A stretch of 64,000 nt of DNA from Octopus vulgaris (lineage: Eukaryota), in NCBI GenBank assembly GCA_951406725.2, contig OX597831.1:6262001-6326000 (forward strand). The letters run 5' to 3'. A program made the position numbers and the translations under genes. Position 1 is the stretch's first letter; every line of letters begins with the position of its first letter. This document shows, one piece after another, positions 51,796-63,649 of this stretch. A model generated the notes under the pieces. It had not been told where the DNA came from, ran no database searches, and saw only the letters and a list, made by a program, of their open reading frames with translations.

Positions 51796-53629
51796 AGGTT
51801 TTGCAGTGGATCTTAACTGGTAGTGTTGAGAAGGGAAAGAGATTGAAGGAGGTAAAATGTGATTATTGTTTGTAATTGTCTCTCGTCATTGAATATATTT
51901 TTATGGTGAGATTGCTCAGTTGGCAGTTAGTTGGTCAGGGAAGTTACTTTTATTCTTAGTTCTATGTTTCCATAGAACTAAGACCTTAATTCTATGTTTC
52001 CATGTCTCAAGGATCAGTACTCGTTAAAAACATTTGATGAGGTCAGAGACTACTTTAGAAATCTAGCATTACTTTTTAGTTACTAAAGCCTTACAGTTAG
52101 AACTCTAGTAACCAAAATAATGTTGCTAGATTTGTAGGCTGTTTGAAAGGAATTTTGAGAAAAATTGGTTAAAAATTGGGATTCTAGCTGAAGGTTTAAG
52201 TGAAGAGTGAGGTTTGGAAGAAAATGGAGACTAAATGTGACAGCTTTGTCTACAAGACTACTTATTACAGATAGAAGAGTCTTATCTTAAAGAAGTTTTC
52301 TTTGGCAAGTTGCCTCATAGCACTCAAACTCTACTTTCAACAGTGAAATTAGCAGATTTTGGAATTATCTACAGAGTCTGTCAATGCTTTACCATCCATT
52401 TCTTCAGAATTACAGAAGATGAAAGAAATTTGCCGTAGAGAGTTACGACATAAAATTTATACTAGCTAATTTTCATACTAAACCACTAGACAACAATTCA
52501 AATAATTCTTGTTGATTTAAGTAATAGACATGGCATAAAAATAGCCAAAATCTCAAAGGAGTGAGTGTTGTGGAAATGAGTGACAACCAACAAACACTAG
52601 CATGAGTGTCATGGAGTCTAGCGACAACCAATGATCACTGATTAATTTCCCAAAAGTCAGGGTTTTTATAACTGCTCATACCTGAATTCTAAGAGTTGTA
52701 TTGTGTGAAAGATTTCTCTTTGACAAAAGTTTAGAATGCAAATTATGGGCAGTAATTTTAACGATTGGGAAACTAACAATTATACCTATTCAGGCAACCT
52801 GACCATTACGTCATATTACCATCGTTTATGACTTGCTTGCTACAGTGCATTAGGTTGCTGATTTGGCATCCTGATACGTATATAGAGAACTCTCAAAGGA
52901 AGTCTCATGCGACCACGTGGAAATTATAAGATGAGAGATGAACAAGCTGGAGAATGCTACTAAGAAATACTACAGCAGGGTTCTTGAAAAGTGAGCTGTG
53001 TTTCTTGAAGCTACAAACATTCAACATTTGTCCTATAAGAGTAAAACACAACACTTGGCAACGAGGATGAGATTAAATGTCACTCAGATAGGTCCAACAA
53101 CCTTTAGATCTGAACCATCAAAAGTGGGTAATCTATTGTGGCATGATTCGATTGAGATACTTAACTGTGAAGCAAATGATAACAAGACTATCAAACAAGC
53201 TGCCTCTGTATTCACTTTCATATCTATGCTTCTGTTATTTATAAAGCACTTGCAAAAACCTGTGTTATCTGCACTCTAATTGTTGTTCGTGTTTAGCAAC
53301 AAACTGTCGACAGATACAGTCTAGCTCGAAGATACGTTTATGTTGTCGACATGACGATTGTTTTTAGATTGGCAAAATCTTGCCAAATGCCCTAATTTGC
53401 CATAAAAAAATTTTTTTTTCTCCTATGCTGGACATGCGCAAGCTTTGTGTGTACACCCATAACTTCAACATTTCATTACAAAGTCATGACTGCTACTGAG
53501 AGTATTCTTATTGACATTAAAGATTCTTATTGTTTGTTGATTCCTTGCAAACAGTGTTTCTGATTCTGTGGTGGATGCAAGAGCAGCTATTTCAGTGTAT
53601 TTCATTTTAGAATGACACCGTAACTCTCT

Positions 53630-53845
53630 TTCTCTTTCTTTTACTCTTTTACTTGTTTCAGTCATTTGACTGTGGCCATGCTGGAGCACCGCCCTTAGTC
53701 GAGCAAATCGACCCCGGGACTTATTCTTTGTAAGCCCAGTACTTATTCTATCAGTCTCTTTTGCCGAACCGCTAAGTGACGGGGACGTAAACACACCAGC
53801 ATCGGTTGTCAAGCGATGTTGGGGGGGACAAACACAGACACACAA

Positions 53846-53882
<37 letters not shown>

Positions 53883-54053
53883 CATATATACGACGGGCTT
53901 CTTTCAGTTTCCGTCTACCAAATCCACTCACAAGGCATTGGTCGGCCCAGGGCTATAGCAGAAGACACTTGCCCAAGATGCCACGCAGTGGGACTGAACC
54001 CGGAACCATGTGGTTGGTTAGCAAGATACTTACCACACAGCCACTCCTGCGCC
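53630..54053 (-). mobile_element. tRNA-derived SINE (family B), full length and young
   Basis: Starts ggcgcaggagtggctgtgtggtaag…ccgggttcagtccc; ends gactgaaacaagtaaaagagtaaaaga. Confidence 0.85.
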
Positions 54054-54080
54054 TGATCCAAAATTTTTAACTTTATCTCT

Positions 54081-54470
54081 GCTGACAACAATCACATAAT
54101 GAAAATGAGTTTCATGATTTCTTCCGGATTCTCTTTCAACCTATTCAAATGGCAAAAGGAAGCCTTGAGAACTAATCCTAAGCAGGAAGTTGTTGATTGA
54201 CTCATTTTCTTGTTGCTTCAGTTCCAATAATTTTAATATGTCCGCAATTAAGTTTCTCCTTCAGTTTTATTAATTGTTGCGATGCATTCATTATTTGTTG
54301 GTTTGTTATTCTGAAGAATTACCAGGAAAAGAACGTTTTTTAACTTCATTATGGCTTCAACTCCACGGGTAGAAAGAAATGTTGGCTTCTTTTTGACATT
54401 TGAATAGGTTGAAAGAAAATCCAGAAGAAGAAATCATGAAACCCATTTTCATTGTGGGATTGTCATCAGC
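54081..54470. mobile_element. MITE-like element with ~85 bp imperfect TIRs
   Basis: gctgacaacaatc…ttcaacctattcaaatg versus catttgaataggttgaa…gattgtcatcagc. Confidence 0.65.
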
Positions 54471-54990
54471 TTTATTATATCTTCTTGCTGTTCCTCTCTG
54501 ATCCCTGCTCTATATCTGCACATCCTTCCTCGGGCAGCTTGCAATTGGGTTTCTCATGAATTCAGAGTTTAAGCTAAATTAACCTTTATAAACAAATATC
54601 AATTTTTTTTTAATGAGCAGAAAATAAATAATTGCATTTCTGCCTATGTGATGGTCACTATAAAAAAAAAAAATTCAAAAAAAAAAAAAACCCCTTTTCA
54701 CTATCAACACACCACCACAACCACCACCGCTACCTACCTCTCTCTCTCTCTCTCTCTCAATATCACTGCCTCTTCTGTCCATCTCTCTATCTATCTTTCC
54801 CTTCAGCTAACTTTTTAACCTTGTTAATAAGTACCGCTTCCCCCCACCCTACTGCATCTCCTTAACACTTCTCTCTCCTCCTTTTCTCTGGTTCTTCACC
54901 TCCACCTTCAGCTGATCATGTGGCCATTTGGCCCAAGTGTTTTAATATTTATCACCTTTCTCTACTTCTTCCTCTCTTCTTTCTTCACTC

Positions 54991-55033
<43 letters not shown>

Positions 55034-55377
55034 ACAACTAACTAATGTATAGTGAGCGAATGAACAAGCAGATTATTATATAGACAAGCAGGACTCATTA
55101 ATATTTCATAGAATTGATGGTAAACCTATTGGGTTATTAATCCAAAACATCTGAGAGCGTAGCCTGTATTGTGTCTGTATGTGAAGAGAGTTGCTCATCT
55201 GATACTCATTGAAAAGTAAAAGAAATTGGAATACTTAATGCACTTTATATGTACACTTTATATACTTTGTGCACAATTTTATAGACTTAATATACAGCAC
55301 TCATAAAATAAATATTCACTCTTATTTTTCCATCTCTCCCATAAACAAAAAAAATATATATCCTGTACATTTTTTTT

Positions 55378-55623
55378 GCACGTAAAAAACACCATTTGAG
55401 CGTGGCCGTTGCCAGTACTGCCTGACTGGCCCTCGTGCCGGTGGTACGTAGAAGCACCCACTACACTCTCAGAGTGGTTGGCATTAGGAAGGGCATCCAG
55501 CTGTAGAAACTCTGCCAGATCAAGATTGGAGCCTGGTGCAGCCATCTTGTTTGCCAATCCTCAGTCAAATCGTCAAACCCATGCTAGCATGGAAAGCGGA
55601 CGTTAAACGACGATGATGATGAT
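55378..55623 (+). mobile_element. RTE-tailed repeat copy
   Basis: Same family, (GAT)n tail. Confidence 0.8.
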
Positions 55624-56523
55624 ACACTAGCATAGCTAGAGTGCCCCTCCCCCAGCTGCACTAGTGTGTACATATATGCAATCTACCTAAAAGTTGTATC
55701 ATATCTGCCATGTAAATAAGCATGAATATCTCACAGAATTGCACTTATGTGCATGCATTTAGTGATAGGTGATCTAAAAAACTTAGTTCAATTAAAAAGA
55801 AATACACTTTTTACTATCCAATCACCTCCATCTCTACCACCACCACCATCATCTCTCTCCCCTCTCTCTGCCTTTCTTTAACCTCACCATCAGAACATCA
55901 CCCCTCTGCTAAAATTATATTTTTATCTTGCCTTCAACTAATTTTTTTGACCATGTAATAAATATTACGTTCCCCCTACCTCGTGTCATAGAGGCTTCTC
56001 TCTCCCTCTTTCTGTTTCACTCTTCACCTTATCCTCTTTTTTCTCTCTGCTCTCTTTCCCTTCAACTAATCAGATGAAAATGTTACAATTACATTCCTTC
56101 TACATCATGACATGGACCCTTCTCTCTCCCTCTTTTTGCCCTCCCTCTTTTTCTCCTTCTCCCTCTTTTTCTCTAATCACATAAAAGCGTTACAAACAGG
56201 TTAAGTAACACAATGACAAGTAGAATTATTGAAAGATGTTTTAAATGACTCTGAGGCTTTCATTTCTCTGCCTCTATCTCTTCACTCCTTCACTGTTAAG
56301 GGAGTTGGAAAAGAAATGGAAAGAAATTTGACTGCATATAATTCCTAAATGTTTTAAATGAACATAGACCAACTAATTTCATGATCCCAAGTTATGTTGT
56401 CCTAAGGAGCTCATAACAAGGGTGAAATAGCATCATTTACAACTACTAGAACACATTAAATAAAAAAAAGTGTATTCTGTGGAAATATTATTTCAAATGT
56501 TCTCACTCATTAGAAAAAGATCT

Positions 56524-56756
56524 CAGCACCATCCAATCGTGGCAGTTTGCCAGCCTCGTCCGGCGCCTGTGCCGGTAGCACGTAAAAAGCACTCACTACA
56601 CTCACGGAGTAGTTGGTGTTAGGAAGGGCATCCAGCTGTAGAAACACTACCAGATCAGACTGGGCCTGGTGCAGCCTTCTGGCTTCCCCGACCCCAGTTG
56701 AACTGTCCAACCCATGCTAGCATGGAAAGTGGACGTTAAACGATGATGATGATGAT
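56524..56756 (+). mobile_element. RTE-tailed repeat copy
   Basis: Same family, (GAT)n tail. Confidence 0.8.
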
Positions 56757-57481
56757 AAATCTTAAAGTAGTTATCTCCCCTTAAGGGAAATTTTAACCCT
56801 CTCTTATATTTCTTAGTAAAATCTCTCTCTCCCTCCCTCTTCTCTCTCACACTAAAAGCAACTGTAGGTGACAGCACCAATGGTCTGCGGTCAAAATAGC
56901 ATTTCCTCTGTGTTTGTGTGTATATATATATATATATATATATACACACAACAAGAAATAATATTTGTCTCTTTTTATAGAAACAAAAGGGTTTATAGGA
57001 CTGCAAAAGAAGTGCTCAAATAGAAATGAGACAAAGATAAAGAAGCATTGGTTATAGAGCAAACATTAAATTTGGGTCAACAACTTTATATACAACAACC
57101 ACCCCTCAAACATTTAATCATATATAAAAATCACCATGGTCTACAAACACATAAAAAAAATAACATATATACATAAAATCACAGAAGGTAAAAGTATATA
57201 ATCGAATAAAAATACAAATAGAATGGCCTATCAAAAATTTAAATATACACAACTAAAATTTCATAAACTACCAAAAAACCTAATAGATAAATATAAAATA
57301 GATAAAGATAAAAATAAAATTAAAAATTAATGCCCACCGACTAAAGTTTTATCAGACAATTAAAATATTGCTAAAAAAAAATTTTTTTTAATATTTGAAA
57401 AAAGTCTTATACTTCCCTCACACAAGTATGTACAAAGTTCATAATAAACAGACTCCACAGGTGAAATTCAACATTTACATA

Positions 57482-57564
57482 TATCTATGGCCATTTCGGG
57501 AGCTCACCACTGCAGTCCATTTACACTAAAGTGCATGACAGCGATGACCCCCCTCATCAGGATA
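57482..57564 (-). ncRNA. Type I hammerhead ribozyme downstream of a Penelope RT fragment
   Basis: UAUC-CUGAUGA-GGGGGGUCAUCGCUG…CAGUGGUGAGCUCCC-GAAA-UGGCCA-UA-GAUA: long stem II, palindromic AUGGCCAU stem III. Confidence 0.75.
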
Positions 57565-57719
57565 AACAGGAAATAAGACACACACACACACACATCAAAA
57601 CTTTTTTATGAAAAGCTTATATACTTTAAAAGAAAAACCCATCAATGGACCAGTCCAAATTTTCTTTAAAATTTTTCCCGACCAGCCGTGACATGGTCAG
57701 GTGGTAGACCAGCCATCTT

Positions 57720-58270
57720 GTTTTTAAATCTCGTGTTAGGTATATATGAGATTTTAGTTCTGAAATTGCTTAATTTTAGAGCGTTGTTGTACACTAGTGC
57801 ATGTTGATCGAAAATCTCTTCATTTGCAGATAAATTAGAGATTCTGATCGAAATAGTGGTAACGATGCTATCTCTAGTGGATTTTGGGTGATTGAACGAT
57901 ACATTGATATATGAAATGGATTTGTTTGGCTTATGAAATGGGTAGTTATAAACCCGTATCCAAACACAATGTAACATCTAGAAAATTCACCACTCTAGAG
58001 TTAAAGTCAAAGATAATGTTAAGACTAAAGAAATCCTTTAAGAAACCTCTCAGAGATTTCCTCAATCTATTCAATGCAGTTTTAGACTGGCTACATACAG
58101 CTAGAAGTGCATCATCCCTATACAGTCACCCAGTGAGGAGAGGAAAACTATCCTTAATCTGTGAAAGGAGGTATAGGCCCACTAAGTCAGTCACCTGTGC
58201 AGAATCAGATGACCCCATGGTTATATCAAAGAAGTTGGTGGAATCAACTCTCTGCCAATCATGTTTGTTG
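57720..58270 (-). mobile_element. Penelope-like element reverse transcriptase fragment
   Basis: FDITMGSSDSAQVTDLVGLYLL, LYRDDAL, VNFLDVTL, PFHKPN…YIN…NHP…IRISNLS…EEIF with a stop and a frameshift. Confidence 0.85.
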
Positions 58271-58739
58271 TAGGAGATGAGGTATAAGAAGCGAAATAGT
58301 GGTAGTGGCAAGATAAGTAAAACCAAGAGCTCACCATCAACATATACACACGTCCTTGTCATTTTCTCTCTCTTTCACTTTATGCTGACATCAAACGAAA
58401 TGTACATTTTCAGTTCGAAAAATAAATAAAAATTTTTTATGGAATTTACCAAATGCTGTACCTTAACAGCTGACTCAAAACAAAGGCTAGCCCTTGCTTG
58501 AAACTTATCTCCTGCCATAAAATCTTTGATGATATAATGATACCAGAAATAAATCACTGCTTTAATCTCCCCTCAAAAAAACCTACCATCCAGTGAGTGG
58601 AACACCTCAAACGGCACATTTTCACTCAAGACAACACCACAACCAAGTGTGTGTGTAGACTTACAATATATCCTATTGTTAAAATTTTACACAATCATTC
58701 AATAAAACTCAAATGGGAAAAAGAGTACACACTTTATTC

Positions 58740-59699
58740 GACTAAACAGTGCAATGGGATCCGCTTGGTAGTCAAGTCCCTAATACACACTTTATTGAGG
58801 CCACCATTGTTATGGGGTACAGGAGGCGGGAAAATATTTTCATTTCAAGGATGCACCATTATCCCTCAGGGTGAGACATGCCGTTTAACTTCTGCAGATC
58901 GCAGATCCCAGTGAGGCCATGCTTCGCCATGTCGATCAACAAATCCCAAGGCCAAACACTATCGGTGGTGGGCATCCATTTGGAGGAGCCGTGCTTTTCA
59001 CATGGGCAACTTTATGTGACCTGCTCCCATGTGAGCAGTAGAAATGCTCTTTTTGTGTATGCTTCTCAGGGCAGAACATGAAATGTTGTTTATAGCGAAG
59101 TTTCATGGACATAGAAAGAAGAACAAGTCATCAGTGCAGCCTATGTGGTTATAAACAGGTGATCTGGAAGCATTGGCCAGACATATTCTTAAACCATGGC
59201 AACTCATGGACTCTTCCTCTTCTTTATTGGAATAGCAGTGTTGTGTTTGGTTAAGTCCCATTTGGGGTGAAAAATCAATAAACTGATTCCTTATGGGATT
59301 TTCCATTCAATCAGGATGAAAAAGTGATAAACTGATTCCTTATAGAATTTCCCACTAAAATTGACTACATCACATTTTCAACCATAACTTTTACCAGTTT
59401 TGATGTATTTTTTTCAAACTTGATGCTGGCATTACTTAGGACTCGTGGGATCTTTGAATGCTTTAAGTTCTCCAAAAAAAAACCCAGAAAATCGCTGAGT
59501 GGAAAAATTGATAAACCGACTCCTTATGGGACTTCCCAATCAAATTGTCTGCAACTCATTTTCAGCCAAACGTTTACCAATTTCAATGGATTTCGCTCAA
59601 ATTTGATGTCGGTTTAACTTAGTTTGGTTTGAAACAAAGCACTTGATTAGCTTAATAATCCTAACTTAATCCTGGGCTATGCCAGGCTATACTGCTAGT
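58740..59699 (+). mobile_element. Helitron 3' fragment (PIF1-like helicase C-terminus and terminal hairpin)
   Basis: CNGIRLVV, QIPVRPCFAMSINKSQGQTL…FSHGQLYV, NVVYSEV; 3' end cctgggctatgccagg…ctgctagt at 59671-59699. Confidence 0.85.
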
Positions 59700-59788
59700 A
59701 TATATATATATATATTAATGGATAATAAAACGAATGGTGTATGACAAATGAAAGACAGAGAAGATGAACTATACAAGAATATAAATGT

Positions 59789-60060
59789 AATCATGTTGCC
59801 AGCTTTAAGTTAATCAATAAGAGACATTCGACATCTTTGGCAGATTTTATATGGCGACTGAAGGGGGGTAAAACGAAGTACAACATTAATTGGTCCATAG
59901 TTAGACATGCAAAACCATACGGTGTAATTTCCAGGAGATGCCGTCTTTGCTCCGAGGAATCCCTGTCTATTCTGTGGACTAACAAGAAGATCATTAATAG
60001 AATTTCTGAGTGACTATTGAGATGCCTACACGCATATAAATGTACTTTCGCGCAATGCAG
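59789..60060 (+). mobile_element. Penelope-like element GIY-YIG endonuclease C-terminal fragment
   Basis: NHVASF…STSLADFIWRLK…INWSIVRHAKPY…RRCRLCSEE…IINRISE*LLRCLH matches the PLE endonuclease C-terminal pattern. Confidence 0.75.
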
Positions 60061-60510
60061 TGAGAATGAAATTTGAGTAACCATTAACTTAGTGTAATTT
60101 TATTTTATTTTACTTTAAGCTATGTATGACTTAAGTTTACTTTTAACCTCCCCGTTCTTCTGAACACCAAGTAAATAACTGACTCACTTTGTGATCATGA
60201 GTGCACCAAATCTTGCGTGTGTGTGTATGGTCACATGTTTGCTGATGCTTCTATGAACGTGTGTGCTCGTGCCATGCAGCTTGCCTGAGGCCGTTTATAC
60301 ATCCATATCTATCAACGGTTATTTTCAATACTTTTCTCACTGGATTACCATGTTCGTTTCTCTTTTTGTCTTCTGCAATTTTATTTTCGATCTTCTATAT
60401 ATATATATATATATAAAGATTTTGCCTCCGTCTGGCTGTTTTTCTCTCTACAGAAAGTTACATTGTGGAACAGTCATTTTCACGAGTTGCTTTTTTGTTT
60501 TTATTTATTT

Positions 60511-60614
60511 ATCACCCAACAAGATACGTCTGCACCACCGGATACTCCTGAACCAGTTGTTGAGTATCCCACAAGAGGAATCGATGCTAGATGTGTCGAA
60601 ACAATTGTCGTGAT
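60511..60614 (+). ncRNA. Decayed hammerhead ribozyme in the PLE 3' region
   Basis: AUCAC-(CCAACAA)-GAUACGUCU…AGAUGUGUC-GAAA-CAAUUG-UC-GUGAU: all stems intact, 5' core mutated. Confidence 0.55.
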
Positions 60615-60749
60615 TAATAATATATTCTCATATATTTCATCTTCTGTCTTTCATTTGTTATATATATATATATATATATATATTTTATAAATAGAGATAT
60701 ATATATGTGTGTATGTGTATATATATATATATATACATACACATACAGC

Positions 60750-62495
60750 CACTATTTAGTAAAAATGGCTCACTAACTGCAGACCCGGGGAAGATAAGTG
60801 AAGTGCTAAATAAACAATTCTGAAGTGTTTTTATTTCTCCACTGGAAAATATGCAAATAAACAAGCCGGAGGAGTTTTTCAATGTAATGAATCTTTTCGG
60901 AAAAGGGGCAATCATCGATTACATCAATGTAATATCAGTTATTGATGCGTTGAGATCAAACTCAGCAACAGGCCCAGACGGACTCCCATCTGTTCTCTTA
61001 AAGACATGTAAAAAGGCTCTTGCAAAACCCCTGCAGATATTCTTTCAGAGTTTCTTTGCATGTGGTAAACTTCCCAACATGCTAAAAGAGGGTATAATAT
61101 GCCCTGTCTATAACGGAGGGAGCAGAGAAGATGCTAAAAACTACAGGCCCATCTCTCTGACCTCACATGTTAGCAAGACAATGGAACACATTGTCAGAAA
61201 AGGGCTGATCACGTTCCTAGAAGAAAACAACCTTCTCACAAACATGCAACATGGCTTCCATCCAGTCAGCTGTAGACGTGATATACCTCGATTTTGCCAA
61301 GGCTTTCGACAAGGTTGATCATGGCATGATATGTCACAAGCTGCGAAACCTTGGTATTACCGGGAAACTGGGAGAGTGGCTGCATGATTTTCTGAAGGGC
61401 TGGAGTCAGACAGTTGTAGCTAATGGTGCTCACTCTGAAGTGACACCAATTCTCAGCAGAGTCCCACAGGGAACTGTACTGGGGTCACTACTGTTTGGGT
61501 GGTCCTCTCAGACCTGCCCTCTGTGGTACAGTCAGCCAATCTGACCAGTTATGCTGATGACACAAAAGTATCGCAGGCAGTTAGGAACCCAGAGGACATT
61601 ATAAGACTGCAGAAAGTTCTGAATGAAATCTACAAATGGGCTAACAAAAATAGCATGCAGTTTAATGCAATGAAATTTCAGGCACTCCACTATTGGTCCC
61701 ACACCAGGCTAAAATCGGAATACACCAGACCAGAAGGTAATATGATCCCAGAGTCAGTCAGTGTGTGTCCTGGGGCTTCACATGAGCAATGATGCAACAT
61801 TCCATGTGCATATTACCAAGATGGCAACACTGTGAAGGTGAGTGGCTGGATGGATTCTGAGGACATTCAGAACCAGGAAACGGGAAGCCCTGCTACTCCT
61901 GTGGAAGACTTTCGTTCTCAGCCATTTGGACTACTGCTCCCAACTTTGGTCCCCAGAGAATGTGAAACAAACTGTGGAACTCAAAGCAATCCATCACCAA
62001 TACACAAAGAAGATGGGCTCCTGGGAAAGGCTAAAGGAGCTGAGTCTCTATTCCCTGGAGAGAAGACGAGGGAGATAGGCAGTGATATATATTTGGAAGA
62101 TCTTGGAGGGTTTAGCTCCCAGTTTTGGAATCGACAGCTATACCAATCCTCAAACTGGATGGCACTGCATCATACCAAAGATCTCGTCTTCCTCATCTAA
62201 AATAAGAACATAGTACTGCAATAGTCTAGGTTTCAAGGGCCTGCAATTGTTCAACATCCTTCCAGGCAACCTTAGAGATCTACATGGTGTTGATGTGGAA
62301 ATTTTCAAAGAACATCTGGACAGGTTTCTGTCTGAGATATGAAATGAACCCACATCGTGGAAGGAGACGCAAAGAAGAGCAGCTCTGTCCAACTTGCTAC
62401 TTCACCAAAAACAATATTGGAAACAACACCGAGTAACTACAGCTGGTGCACCAGCATGACCTCGGCCCTGGGTTGAAACCAGTAAAAGATAAAAG
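60750..62495 (+). mobile_element. CR1-like LINE, ~1.7 kb 3' portion with degenerate RT
   Basis: SATGPDG, NYRPISLTS, YLDFAKAFDKVDH, VPQGTVLG, YADDTK, LDYCSQLWSP, LYSLERRR; 3' end …gaaaccagtaaaagataaaagat. Confidence 0.9.
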
Positions 62496-62506
62496 ATATA
62501 TACATA

Positions 62507-62789
62507 TTTCGTCTTTGGATTTGGTTTGCAAGATTCTTTATATGACTTCGTGTGTTGAAGCATATTCTGTTGTGTCTGGGGAGAGTCATTTTCTTTTTGT
62601 GTCTTATTATTTAACACACTCACCGGTAAAATTTCCACTTATTTCTTATTTTTATTTTCCTGAAATTTTCATTTATTGAAACGGTTGCAAGATGCAACGA
62701 AAATAAAAATAAGAAATAAGTGGAAATTTTACCTGTGAGTGTTACATTATAAGGTGCAAAAAGAAAATGACACTCCCCAGACACAACAG
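62507..62789. mobile_element. Second fold-back element family with tail and 12 bp TSD; hammerhead-like centre
   Basis: Arms ~62562-62659 / 62699-62794; gatatatacata at 62495-62506 and 62790-62801; centre UUGAAAC-G-GUUGC-AAGAU-GCAAC-GAAA. Confidence 0.7.
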
Positions 62790-62837
62790 GATATATACAT
62801 ACTTATTTATATGCCCCCACCCCTCTCCCTGCCCCAA

Positions 62838-63068
62838 CTGGCCCCTGTGTCACTGACATGTGAAAAGCACCATCTGAATGTGGCCAATGCCAGTGCCGCC
62901 TGACTGGCTCCCGTGCCGGTGGCACATAAAAAGCACCCACTACACTCTTGGAGTGGTTGGCGTTAGGAAGGGCATCCAGCTGTAGAAACCTTGCTGGATC
63001 AGATTGGAGCCCGGTGCAACTTCCTGGCTTGCCAGCATGGAAAACGGACATTAAATGATGATGATGAT
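62838..63068 (+). mobile_element. RTE-tailed repeat copy
   Basis: Same family, (GAT)n tail. Confidence 0.8.
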
Positions 63069-63492
63069 ACTGATCCAATCCCTACCATTCAAATAAATAG
63101 TGATAATAGTCTATTAGGGCTGGTGCTGTTTTAATACATCTGAATAGTTAGCCTATTGGTCCATTGATCAGAAATCCAAAGCTTTTTGTTGTAGGCATTG
63201 TAAGTTTTTTTAACTTATTACTTTTCTCAAAATATTCATTAAAAAAATTCTTCACTTGGTGTTAGAGAAGATGTTGAACTCTAAAATTTTCCATATCTAC
63301 TATTATGAATTATTTGGTCTGCAAGAACATTTTTTTAAACTAAAGATTTAATGAAAATTTTTAGTTTAAAATTTTAAAGTTTTTTGTTTAAAATTTGCTT
63401 TTGATTCAACTAATGCTAGATTAAGTATTACAAGTTACTTTTAATTACGATAATATGATTTAACTTTATGTTATTTTCTTTTAATATTCCAG

Positions 63493-63649
63493 AATTCTTT
63501 ACTCCCACCATCCCAGAGGTGCAGAGATCAAACATCAAAGCTTCCTACTGGACCTCTGAACAGAAAGAAATTATTAGCATTCCTTGAAAAGAAAGCCAAA
63601 GAGGAGAAGGACTGGGAAGAAGCAAAGCCTTATACTGGAGAGAAAAAAG
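63493..63649 (+). CDS. Tmod: Tropomodulin exon (actin-binding site 1 region)
   Basis: ttccag acceptor, gtttgg donor; NSLLPPSQRCRDQTSKLPTGPLNRKKLLAFLEKKAKEEKDWEEAKPYTGEKK(G) continues …DFDPD in frame and matches the tropomodulin DQT…PTGP…R..LL..LEK…PYTGEK signature. Confidence 0.92.

Noticed and set aside
52250-53300. Coding-like stretch, possibly a decayed DNA transposase
   Set aside because: No motif I can identify with confidence; needs a translated search against a transposon protein library
54081-54470. CTGA(C/T)(G/A)A…GAAA motifs at both ends of an inverted repeat
   Set aside because: Neither stem I nor stem II forms; treated as MITE TIRs
58878-59081. PIF1 helicase-like ORF as a host gene
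   Set aside because: Fragmentary, has stops, no splice structure, and ends in a Helitron hairpin plus CTAG
61554-61560. CTGATGA hammerhead-like word
   Set aside because: It encodes the YADD motif of the LINE reverse transcriptase
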